Source of the DNA: Deltaproteobacteria bacterium
GTDB lineage: Bacteria > Myxococcota_A > Polyangia > Fen-1088
Length of the DNA stretch: 64,000 nucleotides
Assembly (NCBI GenBank): GCA_033763315.1
Contig: JANRKS010000027.1
Location: forward strand, 1-64,000
Reading direction: 5' to 3'
The stretch's first letter is position 1. Each line of letters begins with the position of its first letter. Position numbers and translations under genes: made by a program. Below, in pieces: positions 8,079 to 17,636 of the stretch. The notes below the pieces were generated by a model. That model saw only the letters and a program-made list of their open reading frames with translations, made no database searches and was not told the origin of the DNA.

Positions 8079-9458
8079 TCACGGTGCGCGAGCCGCGCTG
8101 ATGGCTCGCAAGCGGGGCACTGGCAAGTGGGGATCGGGGGCAATCCATGCGGCCTTTGCGATGCCGTCGTGCGTTTGTGCGAGGTTCACGTTGGGGTCGA
8201 TAAGGTAGGCCGCCGGGCGGCCATTGAGCGAGGCAAGAGCTTCCACCTTCACTTGCACGGGCCCCAGGCCACGCGCAACGAAGTCGCGTTCGATGTGGTG
8301 GGCCAGCTGCAAAATGAGATCGGGTTGGCCCGCCATCTCGTTTTCTTGAATGCGGTTGAGGTAACGGCCGGGGCTGACCTCCCATTGCCGGCCCGTGCTG
8401 GTTTGCTTCACAAGGTAAGTCACGCTGCCGTTCTTTTCGCGCACCATCACGCGCCAGGAAAAGCGCATGCCCTGCTCGTCCCACAGTACGTTGCCGCGGT
8501 AAAGCCAGTGGCGCAGCGGCATCAGAAGCTGAAACACAACGAACACCGAAGCGAATGCGAGGACGGCCGGGGACCACGTGCGATCCACCATGGCTGGCAT
8601 TGGGGGCGACGACGACGCGCGCCTGCGAACCCGCGCCCACAGCTCGCGTGGCCACGAGGGCGGAAAAAACACCAATGCCGATAGCACCATGATCACGGGG
8701 AACATGCCGATCGGGAACAGCACCCTCGTGAGGATGTGAAACACGATGATGATGGCGTAAGCAAATGGGCGCGTGCGCCGCCACGACATCCACACCACGA
8801 TGGTGGCGTCGAATAGAAAGCCTGCCCAACTCATAAGCAGCGCGGCCGGATCCCACGCAAACAATGGCCCAAGCACAGGCAGCGTTGTGAGGGACGATAG
8901 CCAGATCCGCAGCGGCTGGCCTTCCAACAACCAATCGCTTTGCGCCTTGGCCAGGCCCGCGTAAGTGTAAACGATGCCCACCTGCACGCGCAGCAGCCAC
9001 AACCATCCCGCAGGTACGTGTGTAAGGGCGCGCTTGCGCCGCCAAGCGTCCACCGACCACGCACGATGTGCGGGTGAAAGCGCCAACAGTGCCGAAAGCA
9101 GCAACGCCAGGTAGTAATGGTTGAGGTAGGTGGTGGCGTCGATCAGCTGAATGTACGCGAAGCCCACGGCGAACAGCGGCGCCGCCACACGAAACCAAGC
9201 GCCCACGCACACGCAGGCCGCGAGCAACGCCATCACCCAGAACAACGCATGCGCCACGGTGTGGCTGGGCGCTGGCACCCACGCAAAACCCCAGTACTTG
9301 AAATGGAACGTGGGTTTGACGAAGAACTGATCGATCCAGCCGTATGCAATGAACCGAAACATGCTCACGCTCATGATGAGCCCAAACAAAAAGCGGAACG
9401 CGGCCAACCAGGCAACGTCCACGGGGCGGTTCACTGCCTCACGCAAGCGGGCAAGCAT
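8079..9458 (-). CDS. HTTM-domain membrane protein, vitamin K-dependent gamma-carboxylase-like
   Basis: LAAFRFLFG, FHFKYWGF, YLNHYYL, YAGLAKAQSDW, IGMFP, FSWRVM, SLNGRP; multiple TM helices. Confidence 0.92.
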   Translation of the reverse strand: MLARLREAVNRPVDVAWLAAFRFLFGLIMSVSMFRFIAYGWIDQFFVKPTFHFKYWGFAWVPAPSHTVAHALFWVMALLAACVCVGAWFRVAAPLFAVGFAYIQLIDATTYLNHYYLALLLSALLALSPAHRAWSVDAWRRKRALTHVPAGWLWLLRVQVGIVYTYAGLAKAQSDWLLEGQPLRIWLSSLTTLPVLGPLFAWDPAALLMSWAGFLFDATIVVWMSWRRTRPFAYAIIIVFHILTRVLFPIGMFPVIMVLSALVFFPPSWPRELWARVRRRASSSPPMPAMVDRTWSPAVLAFASVFVVFQLLMPLRHWLYRGNVLWDEQGMRFSWRVMVREKNGSVTYLVKQTSTGRQWEVSPGRYLNRIQENEMAGQPDLILQLAHHIERDFVARGLGPVQVKVEALASLNGRPAAYLIDPNVNLAQTHDGIAKAAWIAPDPHLPVPRLRAISAARAP

Positions 9459-9466
9459 CGTGCGCC

Positions 9467-10762
9467 TCAGTCGTTGTCGCCTTCGACAGACATGGGAAGA
9501 TCCAAATTCAATAGGCTTCTGAACTGTGTCTTTAAGAAAGTTGTCAACGCTCCCACGGCGGTTCGCACCGCAACGACGTTACCGGGCGCCGTTGTGATCG
9601 CGTCTTCCAAAGGTGGCGCCAGCGTTGTTGCCGCACCCACGGCGTTGCCAAACAGACCACGCAGCTGTTGCGCTAGATCTGCTTGACCTACAGAGATCAG
9701 CCAATCATCAAAACCGATGCCCTCACCATTGGCATCGCAGCCCAACAATACGCGCTTGAGGCCCACAAGATTGTTGACGATGTTCGCGGTTGATTCGCGC
9801 GCGTAGGGAGATTCAAGGGCGCCTGGGCAAGGCGTTTGCGCGCAGTTTTCTGTGCCGCCCAGGGGATCAAGGGTCTTTTCATGACGAATCGCATGGTCTA
9901 CGGGAAGCACGCCCGCGAAGATTGCGTTAAGCGCCGCCTGATCCGTGGTGAACAGCTGGCTTGATTTGCCTGCCGCCTCCAGCTGATTCTTAAAGCCTCC
10001 ACCTTCCCATGCGTTCACCAGCGCCTGGCTTCTTGGCACCAGGGCCGCCGCAACGGCCGCGGCATAGTCGGCACGACGCCTGGGCAGTTCAGCCGCAGGC
10101 ACGGCGGCCCACGTTCCTTTGACGTTGATCTCACTTGAGACGGCACAAGCGTTCGTTGTGCCTGCGTAAAACAAGAGATACTCCAAAGCACCAAGACCCC
10201 GTGCGTTGATGAACGAATTGCCGAACTCGGGCTTGGCATAAAGTTGGTTCACGAGCTGAATGTCCACCTGGCAGCGCGACACCGATGGGAATGCATAAAT
10301 CTGATCGCGTAAGCCTTGGCCACCCAACTCGGCGGATCCCGCGGCGGGCCCGAATAAAAAGGCCTCGGCCTGCTGCCACGTGGCCATCGCCAATCGCCAA
10401 GCCGTTTGAGCGGCGGCCAGATCTTCAGGTGAAAGCGTCGCAGCGTACGCGGCCACGGCCGCCTGCAGCCTACCTGCGTCCAGGGCAAATTGTTTATAGA
10501 GGCCTAGCGCACAATCACCGGTGGCCTTGATCAAAGCAGCTTTTGAAAACTGCACAGGGGTGACTGGTGCGTCGGGGTCAAAGCCACCATCGCCCAGACC
10601 GCCACCATCAAAAGTGAACCCTCCCGTTCCTGGGGCGGCACCCATGCCTGTGGCGGGAGTGCCCCCGGTGCCGGTGAAGACGGGCTCGCGCGGCGAGTTC
10701 TTCTCACATGCCCAAACCAGCGTTGCGATCGAAATCAGCGCAAAGAGCCCGTACTTCTTCAT
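9467..10762 (-). CDS. Imelysin-like (peptidase M75 family) lipoprotein
   Basis: Lipobox LVWAC, AAQTAW...WQQAEAFLFGP, RGLGALEYLLF, ESPYA, C-terminal EGDND. Confidence 0.85.
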   Translation of the reverse strand: MKKYGLFALISIATLVWACEKNSPREPVFTGTGGTPATGMGAAPGTGGFTFDGGGLGDGGFDPDAPVTPVQFSKAALIKATGDCALGLYKQFALDAGRLQAAVAAYAATLSPEDLAAAQTAWRLAMATWQQAEAFLFGPAAGSAELGGQGLRDQIYAFPSVSRCQVDIQLVNQLYAKPEFGNSFINARGLGALEYLLFYAGTTNACAVSSEINVKGTWAAVPAAELPRRRADYAAAVAAALVPRSQALVNAWEGGGFKNQLEAAGKSSQLFTTDQAALNAIFAGVLPVDHAIRHEKTLDPLGGTENCAQTPCPGALESPYARESTANIVNNLVGLKRVLLGCDANGEGIGFDDWLISVGQADLAQQLRGLFGNAVGAATTLAPPLEDAITTAPGNVVAVRTAVGALTTFLKTQFRSLLNLDLPMSVEGDND

Positions 10763-10765
10763 TGT

Positions 10766-12349
10766 TTAGTTTCCTTCTGCGCGGCCCGCCAGCACAACTT
10801 TGCCGTCAGCTTGCACCACCAAGGCGGTGGCCGCTTCTAAAATGCCGTTACCAACAGATACGTTCTTCTTGGCGACGCCGGCCGCTCCAAACGTATTGTC
10901 GCGGGTGCCATCGGCATTGTACCGGACGACCACAAGGGCCGTGTCTTTGTCAGATTCAGCCACGAAGCCCGCTGCATAGAATTTGCCCTCGGTGCCGAAG
11001 GCAACCGCGGCAAAGCGGTCGTGCCCGCTGTCAGAAACGGGATCAAGCTTCACAGCCGCTGTGCCTGTGCCATCCAAAGGAATCACGCCAATCACGGCGT
11101 CGTCGTCTTGGTTGTTGCCCGTCGAAGCTCCCGCAACAACGGCCACTTTGCCGTCCGTGCTCGTGGCAACGCCGAAAAAGGCGTCATTGGCGCGGCCCAA
11201 ATCCCAAGCCTTGTATCCGGTGGTGTTGAATGTTGTGTCGAGCCCGCCATCCTTCGTGAGCACGGCAACCAATCCATCAATCGCGGCCGTACCTGCGGCG
11301 GTGGCTGTGCTGCCCGCAACCACGATGCGACCATCGGGGAGCATGGCAAGGTCGCGACCACGGTCGTCAAAGCTGGTTGCAGAAAGATCAACCACCGACG
11401 CGCCCTGGTTGCCGAAGGTGGTGTCAAGCGCACCGCTGGCGTTGAACCGAGCGGAGATCACGTCTACTGTGCCTGTGGCGGCGGCGCGGCCGTAACCCGT
11501 GGTGACGTAGTTGCTGTCTTGAAGCCCCACGGAGTAAGCCTCGGCGTAGCCCCAAAGCGTGTTCGCCACGTTCGATCGGAAAGGATTGCTCACGGAAACG
11601 CCGCCCACGCCAAACCCGTTGTCGGGTGTGCCGTCGGCGTTCAAACGCAAAAGAACGATCGCGTTCGCCGTTTGCGTGCCAACGCCGGTGGGCAAGGGTG
11701 AATAGCCGGACGAGATGATCTTGCCGTCGCTTTGCACGATGCCACGACGAGCGTTGTCGGCCACGTTGCCCATGTTGAGGACGTAGACGTTGTTGATCCC
11801 GTTGGCGGGGGCGGAGGGGAATTGGGGAGACGCAACGAACGTTGTATCAAGCGCACCTCTATCAGTTAAGCGGAACACGACACGATCAGCATCGCTGCGA
11901 TCCTTGCCCTTCACGCCCCCAAAAACCACCAGACGGTTCTGTGCATCGCGAGCGATGCTTGCAGGCGTGTCATAAACGCTGCCCGCGCGGCCGCTGAGGT
12001 TCAAGGTGGCCACACCTGCGGTGCCGAAGTCGTTGTCGATGGTGCCATTGGTGTTGAAGCGAACGAACACCATGTCCACGTCAGGCTCAGCCATCACGAT
12101 GGGTGCGGTGTCGCCGCCTGCGTCCGTGGCGCCATCGGTGCGGGAATCCACGCCGCCGTCGCTGCCGCCCTGGGCGGGGCCGCCACCTGTGCCGGGCGAG
12201 CCGCCTGAGCCACCCGTGGCCGCGGCATCGGGGTTGAAGCCCCCGTCGGGGCTGTCGCTGTCGGAATCGTCACATGCGGCGAAAAAGCCAGTAAAAACAA
12301 GGGCGACGGCCAGAGCGCCGGCCGGCCATCGGGAAGAACTTACGGTCAT
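10766..12349 (-). CDS. Delta-60 repeat (beta-propeller-type) lipoprotein
   Basis: Lipobox FAAC, Gly-rich linker, six R[FLY]NxxGxxDxxFG-type repeats, QxDGK motifs. Confidence 0.85.
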   Translation of the reverse strand: MTVSSSRWPAGALAVALVFTGFFAACDDSDSDSPDGGFNPDAAATGGSGGSPGTGGGPAQGGSDGGVDSRTDGATDAGGDTAPIVMAEPDVDMVFVRFNTNGTIDNDFGTAGVATLNLSGRAGSVYDTPASIARDAQNRLVVFGGVKGKDRSDADRVVFRLTDRGALDTTFVASPQFPSAPANGINNVYVLNMGNVADNARRGIVQSDGKIISSGYSPLPTGVGTQTANAIVLLRLNADGTPDNGFGVGGVSVSNPFRSNVANTLWGYAEAYSVGLQDSNYVTTGYGRAAATGTVDVISARFNASGALDTTFGNQGASVVDLSATSFDDRGRDLAMLPDGRIVVAGSTATAAGTAAIDGLVAVLTKDGGLDTTFNTTGYKAWDLGRANDAFFGVATSTDGKVAVVAGASTGNNQDDDAVIGVIPLDGTGTAAVKLDPVSDSGHDRFAAVAFGTEGKFYAAGFVAESDKDTALVVVRYNADGTRDNTFGAAGVAKKNVSVGNGILEAATALVVQADGKVVLAGRAEGN

Positions 12350-12388
12350 CTACGAGCTCCTACAACAGGTTGCTAGGGAAAATGAATT

Positions 12389-12436
12389 TGAGAGGCATTC
12401 TCAACACGGAATATGATATATTGAGAATGAATGTCG
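12389..12436. promoter_or_regulatory. Fur-box-like operators in divergent promoter
   Basis: TGAGAGG-C-ATTCTCA (12389-12403) and a weaker TGAGAAT-G-AATGTCG (12422-12436) in an AT-rich gap between the delta-60 operon and tonB. Confidence 0.68.
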
Positions 12437-13327
12437 GGTGCAAGATCAATCTCACTTCCCCTCGTCGATACCGATTCGGAGCCGAAGGCTCCGCAAAAGG
12501 TGGCTGCGCCGGTGGCGATTGAACAACAGCCTGCAGCGCCGTTTGCGCATTTCATGGTGGCGCATCAACGCATTCCGGCCCGCACGCGGGGCAAGCAATC
12601 ACTGTTGTTGGCTTTCGTTGCGGTGCTGCATGTAGCGGCGTTTGCCGCGGTTGCGCGCCAACGGTTGAGCGGGCCGCGACAAACGAAACCGCCCGTTCAT
12701 TTGTTGCTGCCGCGTTTGGCGCCCCCGCCCCCGCCACCCGTGGCAGCGGTGGCAACCGTGAAGGCTGAGTCTGCGGCACCGCTGCGCAAAGGCCACGCGG
12801 CTCCCCCTCCCCCGCCACCAACGCCAACGCCTGTGGCTGCACCTGTGGAAGTACCGGCCGCGCCTGTCGCGGCACCAAGTGAAGCGCCCGTGCAAGCCGC
12901 AGGTCCAGTGGGCGATCCGCAAGGGCCTGCCACGGGGGGCATCGCCGCAGGCGTTGTGGGAGGCACAGGCACAGCGGCCGTAACAGCGCCCGTGGCTGCC
13001 GTCGCCGCACGCACGTTAGATCCCAGTGAGCGGCGGCGTCTGCTCGAACAGTATCTGCGCGAGATCATGGCTTCGAGCATCAACAAGAAGCGCTTTTATC
13101 CAGCGGAAGCGGAAGAAGCAGGCCTGCAAGGCGTTGTGGTGGTGCGCGTTGTGATCGATGGTGCAGGACGCTTGCAAGGCGCCAGTGTGATCACGGGCGA
13201 TCACATGCCTGTGTTGGCTCACGCCGCTGTGAAGACGATTCAGTTGGCGCAACCGTTTCCACCACCGCCAGAAATTCTAGGTGGCCGCGTGCAAGTGGAC
13301 GTTACGCTGAACTACGAGTTGCCGTAG
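12431..13327 (+). CDS. tonB: TonB family energy transducer
   Basis: TM helix with His (VLHVA), Pro/Ala-rich spacer, C-terminal YPxxAxxxGxQGxVxV domain. Confidence 0.85.
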   Translation: MSGARSISLPLVDTDSEPKAPQKVAAPVAIEQQPAAPFAHFMVAHQRIPARTRGKQSLLLAFVAVLHVAAFAAVARQRLSGPRQTKPPVHLLLPRLAPPPPPPVAAVATVKAESAAPLRKGHAAPPPPPPTPTPVAAPVEVPAAPVAAPSEAPVQAAGPVGDPQGPATGGIAAGVVGGTGTAAVTAPVAAVAARTLDPSERRRLLEQYLREIMASSINKKRFYPAEAEEAGLQGVVVVRVVIDGAGRLQGASVITGDHMPVLAHAAVKTIQLAQPFPPPPEILGGRVQVDVTLNYELP

Positions 13328-13336
13328 GCGCGCGGG

Positions 13337-14542
13337 CTACCGAATCGCTTCGATCTCGGCGGGCCACAGCTCGAGTTCGGGATCTACGGCCAGTGCAGAC
13401 AGGAAGTATTTCCGCGCGCCATCGATGTCGGCGCGGGCGAAACGAACGCGGCCCAGATCGCCCAGCGCCACTGAATGGCAAGGCGCCACGGCCAAGATCT
13501 GGCGCAGCTGCGCTTCGGCCTCGGGAAAGCGTCGCGCCTTCGATTCACGTTCAGCGGCGGCCAGCAGCGTGGCCACTTCAGCATTGGCTCCGCCTTTGGA
13601 CGCGGGCAAGTTGTGAACGGCTTTTTGCAGCAGCGATGAAAGTTCGGTGACACTGGCCGCGTAGTCGCGCTCAAGCTCGGGCTCTTGGCCTTCATCTTCG
13701 GCGCGCGGGCTGTACTCCTCAAACAGCATGGCCATGCGGTTGAGCGTGCGGATCAGCGTGCGCGGTGGCAGCGGGAGGTTGCCTTTGCGCAACACCGAGA
13801 GGCGCGCCTCGCATTCATCGCGGAATGATGTGCGAGCTCCGCATTGGTTAAAGGCGCGTTGAACGCCTTCATCGAAAACCATCAGCGGCTCGTTGATGTA
13901 ACAAAAGTCGCCAGACACGAACAACTGCAGCGCCAGCTCCATCGCCGCCGCAAACGCCAGGTCCGATCGATATCGAAGCGCCCGCAGATCGATGGCGCTT
14001 TTGCGCATGAGGTGAGCGCTGGGAGGCCCTACGAAACTGCTGGACGTGAGCGCGTGCACCAAGGCGCTCGGGCCCGTCATGCTACGCGGCCCCGCGAAGG
14101 CAGGCGTCTCGATCAGCTGCCCTTCACGCAGAACGGCGGCGCTGCAGCGAAGCAACGCGGTCTCTGGATCACTTCGCATCATTTCGATGGCGCAAGCCAT
14201 GAAGACGGGCAGCAAATAGTCGGGCGCCTCTAACAACTTCGTAAAGTCGCCGAAGCTCAAGTCTAAGCAGCGGCTCCACAAGGCGCTGCGGCCCATAGGC
14301 TGAGCCGCCTGGTAAACCACCACGTGCGGGTGTTGATCGGCAAACTCGCACGCCATACGGTGCGAAGAGTCGCTTGAAGCGTTGTCGACGATGATGATCG
14401 CGAAATCGCGGAAGGTTTGCGCCACGAGTGACGCCAACGCGCGGCCAAGCACGGCGCCTTCATTCCACACGGGCACGCATACCGTGGCCGCAAAGGGCAT
14501 GGAACGCAGCGACTGATGGCGCCCTTTCGGGTACGCCAGCAT
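13337..14542 (-). CDS. Glycosyltransferase family 2 with C-terminal TPR
   Basis: VCVPVWNE ... IIIVDNASSD GT-A N-terminus; TPR-like helices at the C-terminus; start behind GAGGGG. Confidence 0.85.
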   Translation of the reverse strand: MLAYPKGRHQSLRSMPFAATVCVPVWNEGAVLGRALASLVAQTFRDFAIIIVDNASSDSSHRMACEFADQHPHVVVYQAAQPMGRSALWSRCLDLSFGDFTKLLEAPDYLLPVFMACAIEMMRSDPETALLRCSAAVLREGQLIETPAFAGPRSMTGPSALVHALTSSSFVGPPSAHLMRKSAIDLRALRYRSDLAFAAAMELALQLFVSGDFCYINEPLMVFDEGVQRAFNQCGARTSFRDECEARLSVLRKGNLPLPPRTLIRTLNRMAMLFEEYSPRAEDEGQEPELERDYAASVTELSSLLQKAVHNLPASKGGANAEVATLLAAAERESKARRFPEAEAQLRQILAVAPCHSVALGDLGRVRFARADIDGARKYFLSALAVDPELELWPAEIEAIR

Positions 14543-14689
14543 GCTTTCGCCCCTCACGCTGATAATTTCGGAGGACGCAAAAAGCCCCGCGGAGCCACTC
14601 ATCTGTTCCATTGTTGAGCTCAAAGGTTCAACAGTGACTTCGAGTGATCCCAAGCGGGACTTGATGCGCGTTGCGGCGCGCAGGTGCTT

Positions 14690-15181
14690 TTAAATCTTTT
14701 GCAGGCCAAGCTTGGCGCGCTGGGCCGCCGTGACCTTCTCTTGCACCAAGCCAGCCAAAGACGGATTCGTCAGCACGGCATTTTGATAAAACGCGATGGC
14801 GTCATCATATTGCGTGGTGACCATCGCGATGTCGCCTGCCAAAGCCAAGGCTTCGCCATCCTTGGGATTCGCGGTCAGCACCGTTTCAAGCGCGCGGGCT
14901 GCGGCGGCCGGCCGGCCCCGCGCCATTTCGATGGCCGCTTGGTTACGTAGAACGTTTGGATCATTGGGTGCCAATGCGAGCGCAGCCGAGATCGCCGCGT
15001 AGGCGTCTTCAAGCTGGCCCTTGGCGTGATAAAGCACGGCCATGTCATTGTGCGCGTCAACGAACGAAGGTTCGTCCTTCACAAGCGTCACAATCTGAGC
15101 CAGAGCCTCATCGATGCGACCTTGTGCGGCCAAGGATTCGATCGGGGCCAGACGCTGCTGGTTGCTCTGTGTCACTTGCAT
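14690..15181 (-). CDS. Tetratricopeptide repeat protein
   Basis: Repeated A..G....A......A...P pattern; ATG 15181 behind AAAGGA. Confidence 0.85.
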   Translation of the reverse strand: MQVTQSNQQRLAPIESLAAQGRIDEALAQIVTLVKDEPSFVDAHNDMAVLYHAKGQLEDAYAAISAALALAPNDPNVLRNQAAIEMARGRPAAAARALETVLTANPKDGEALALAGDIAMVTTQYDDAIAFYQNAVLTNPSLAGLVQEKVTAAQRAKLGLQKI

Positions 15182-15229
15182 GTCTTCATTTCCTTTGTTC
15201 GTAAGTGCCAAGGTCCACCTCTGGTCGAA

Positions 15230-15245
15230 AGCAACCGGCGGGCCA
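15230..15245 (-). promoter_or_regulatory. Sigma-54 promoter (-24/-12) for TPR-GT2 genes
   Basis: Minus strand TGGCCCGCCGGTTGCT, GG-N10-GC, about 50 nt upstream of ATG 15181. Confidence 0.7.
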
Positions 15246-15329
15246 AGCGGCGCGCCTTTCACCCGAAGCATGGAATTCGTGGGAATTGGCGCAGAACTTT
15301 AGGAAAGGCCCACATCAAATCGAAAAATC

Positions 15330-15377
15330 GGCCACAAACATGACGCCGCCCGAGGGGGGACTGTCGCAACGTTGACA
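15330..15377. promoter_or_regulatory. Paired putative enhancer-binding-protein sites
   Basis: GGCCA-caaaca-TGACG (15330-15345) and TGTCG-caacgt-TGACA (15362-15377) resemble the CGTCA-N6-TGACG pair upstream of fliL. Confidence 0.5.
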
Positions 15378-15378
15378 G

Positions 15379-16893
15379 TTAGGCGACGCCGCGGCGGGGG
15401 GGCGCGGGGATCGAAGACGTGCGGATGCGCCGGGTGGTCTTTGATAGGCGCAAGGCTTGAATTGCCTTCGCCATCAAGGTGCGCGGCGAATTTGCGTCGT
15501 TGGCCATGGCCGCACAGCCAAACGTTGCTGTCACGCTGACCGATCGGCCCGCTCCAACCTCGAAGGCCGCTTCACCCAATTGCCGACGCAAGCGTTCGGC
15601 CACCAAATCCGCACCGGCCAGCGGTGTTTCCACCAGCACAAGCACAAAGGCAGCGCCCTCGAAGCGGACGCACACGTCGCGGCCACGCAGCCGCATTTTG
15701 AACCAGTGGCCCAAGACCTTGAGCAAACGATCGCCCACCGCGCGGCCCAGATTGGTGTTCACACGCGCGAAGCCGTCGATGTCCACAAGCACCACGCTGA
15801 GAACTTTGGAAGCGCGCGCAGACTCTTCCACCATCATTAGCAACGCCCGTTCAAGAGCTGGCTCTTCGTAGTGCACCAAAAGTTCGTTGCGCAGCTCCTC
15901 ACCCAAAGGATCGTCTGGGTCCACCAACGGTTGGGAGGCCTTCTGGGCGGCGGCCACGGGATCAAAACTATCGATCTCCCCGGGACGCAAGCCCACAACC
16001 ACGCGCTGCAAAGTGGTTTCGACTTCTTCTTTTGAGCCAACCGAAATGTCAAACAAGCTAGCGGCCTCTTGCAGCGACGAAGCGATCGCCGCGAATAGAG
16101 TCTCAAGCGCTTTGACATCAAGGCCCAAAACTTCATCGGCAAGGCCCGCGAAGGCACGCGCAGCCAACGCGCCATCGCTGGCCAGCCACACATCGGCGGC
16201 GGGCCCCGAGAGGGACATCACACGTGAGGATTTCTCCTCGCCTTTGGGTGGCGGCGGCGCTTCAAGCGGATGCGTTTGGGCGGCCAGCGCCTGGATCTCG
16301 CTGGGCAGACGCCATCGCTTTAGCAGCCAGCGAGAAACGGAAGCGTGGCTGTCGCCAAACTGCGCCTTTTCCTTCTCCAGCAAAGCGTCGTGCGGGCCAT
16401 TGTTGGCAAGCAGAAACTCACCGTAAGCCGGCTCGATCTGGGCCAGCGCCAACATGCCAATGTCTTGCGTGAGCGCCGCCAAGAATGGCTCTTCGGTGCG
16501 CGGCAAACCTGCGAGCTTCGCCAACTCGCGCGCGGCCACGGCACACACCAGCGACCGACGCCAGTAGGCTTCGTAATCGAAGCCGGGCTTCTCCGCGTCG
16601 CGAACGTCTTTGACGAGCGCGAACGAAAGCGCCACATTGCGAACCGCTTTGGCGCCCAAGAACATCAAAGCTTGTTGTATGGCGGTCACTTCACGCTTGA
16701 TGCCGAAGGCGGCCGAGTTCACTAGACGCAACACCTTCGCAGCCAGCACCGGATCGCTGCTCACGGCGCGCGCCATGTCTTGCAGATCAAAATTGGGGCG
16801 CTCGCACAGGCGCACGACGTGCAACGCGACAGCGGGCAGCGTCGGTAAAGTCCGACACCTCTCAAGCCGGTCTTGTAGCACTGCGCTAACCAC
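15379..16893 (-). CDS. HDOD + degenerate GGDEF domain protein
   Basis: LPTLP...DPVLAAKVLRLVNSA...LG HDOD domain; VDIDGFARVNTNLG...GD; active-site position reads FEGAAF; RGRD I-site retained. Confidence 0.88.
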   Translation of the reverse strand: MVSAVLQDRLERCRTLPTLPAVALHVVRLCERPNFDLQDMARAVSSDPVLAAKVLRLVNSAAFGIKREVTAIQQALMFLGAKAVRNVALSFALVKDVRDAEKPGFDYEAYWRRSLVCAVAARELAKLAGLPRTEEPFLAALTQDIGMLALAQIEPAYGEFLLANNGPHDALLEKEKAQFGDSHASVSRWLLKRWRLPSEIQALAAQTHPLEAPPPPKGEEKSSRVMSLSGPAADVWLASDGALAARAFAGLADEVLGLDVKALETLFAAIASSLQEAASLFDISVGSKEEVETTLQRVVVGLRPGEIDSFDPVAAAQKASQPLVDPDDPLGEELRNELLVHYEEPALERALLMMVEESARASKVLSVVLVDIDGFARVNTNLGRAVGDRLLKVLGHWFKMRLRGRDVCVRFEGAAFVLVLVETPLAGADLVAERLRRQLGEAAFEVGAGRSVSVTATFGCAAMANDANSPRTLMAKAIQALRLSKTTRRIRTSSIPAPPRRGVA

Positions 16894-16907
16894 TGATTGA
16901 CCCCTCG

Positions 16908-17636
16908 TTAGTCATCGTCAGAAACAAGATTGGACCGTAGCCGCTTCATCGCGTCGCCATGCAGCTGGCACACGCGCGGCTCGCTGACCCCCATAATCTG
17001 GGCGATTTCCCGGTAAGACAGGCCCTCAACGTAGTGCAGCGACACCAGCACTTGCAGGCGTTCGGGAAGGCTTTCCACGGCTTTGGTTAGGTGAGCCAAG
17101 ATTTTTCCTCGGTCTAGGTCGTTTTCCACCTCTGACTCGAACGACAAGGTGGGCAAAATGCTTTCAAGCGGCACTTGCGGTTCACGCAAGGCTTCAAGGC
17201 CGCCCAGATCTTCGAGATCCATCTCCATCTCTTCGGCCAGTTCCTCTTGCGAGGCCTCGCGTCCAAGCTCGTCTGCCAGCTTCTTTTTTGTTTTGTCGAC
17301 CTCATCAGTGCGCGCCCGCAGGCGCCGGGGCAAGTGATCCAAACGCCGCAGTTCATCGATCATGGCGCCGCGGATGCGGTGTGCGGCAAACGTCTCAAAT
17401 GATGCGCCTTTGCTGGCGTCAAAACGCGCGTGTGCCTCAATCAAACCAACCGCACCTGTGGACCACAAATCATCGTAGGCGCTGTGTAGGCCCGTGCGAA
17501 AACACACCCGTCGAGCGATGCGGTCAATTAAGGTTCCGTATCTCTTTAAAAGCTCGTCGGCTGAGTTGTTGCTCGCCGCCGCGTATTTGGCCAAAGCTCG
17601 ATGCATCGAAGCGGGGCGGCTTCCCTCATCCGGCAA
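16908..17636 (-). CDS. fliA: RNA polymerase sigma-28 factor FliA/WhiG
   Basis: FETFAAHRIRGAMIDELRRLD, region 4 LSYREIAQIMGVSEPRVCQLH; position after flhG. Confidence 0.93.
   Translation of the reverse strand: MPDEGSRPASMHRALAKYAAASNNSADELLKRYGTLIDRIARRVCFRTGLHSAYDDLWSTGAVGLIEAHARFDASKGASFETFAAHRIRGAMIDELRRLDHLPRRLRARTDEVDKTKKKLADELGREASQEELAEEMEMDLEDLGGLEALREPQVPLESILPTLSFESEVENDLDRGKILAHLTKAVESLPERLQVLVSLHYVEGLSYREIAQIMGVSEPRVCQLHGDAMKRLRSNLVSDDD

Noticed and set aside
8023-9282. 419-aa alternative-frame ORF and many similar antisense ORFs (e.g. 21884-22747, 24276-25178, 60210-61208)
   Set aside because: Shadow ORFs of well-supported genes in high-GC DNA, with no recognisable motifs.
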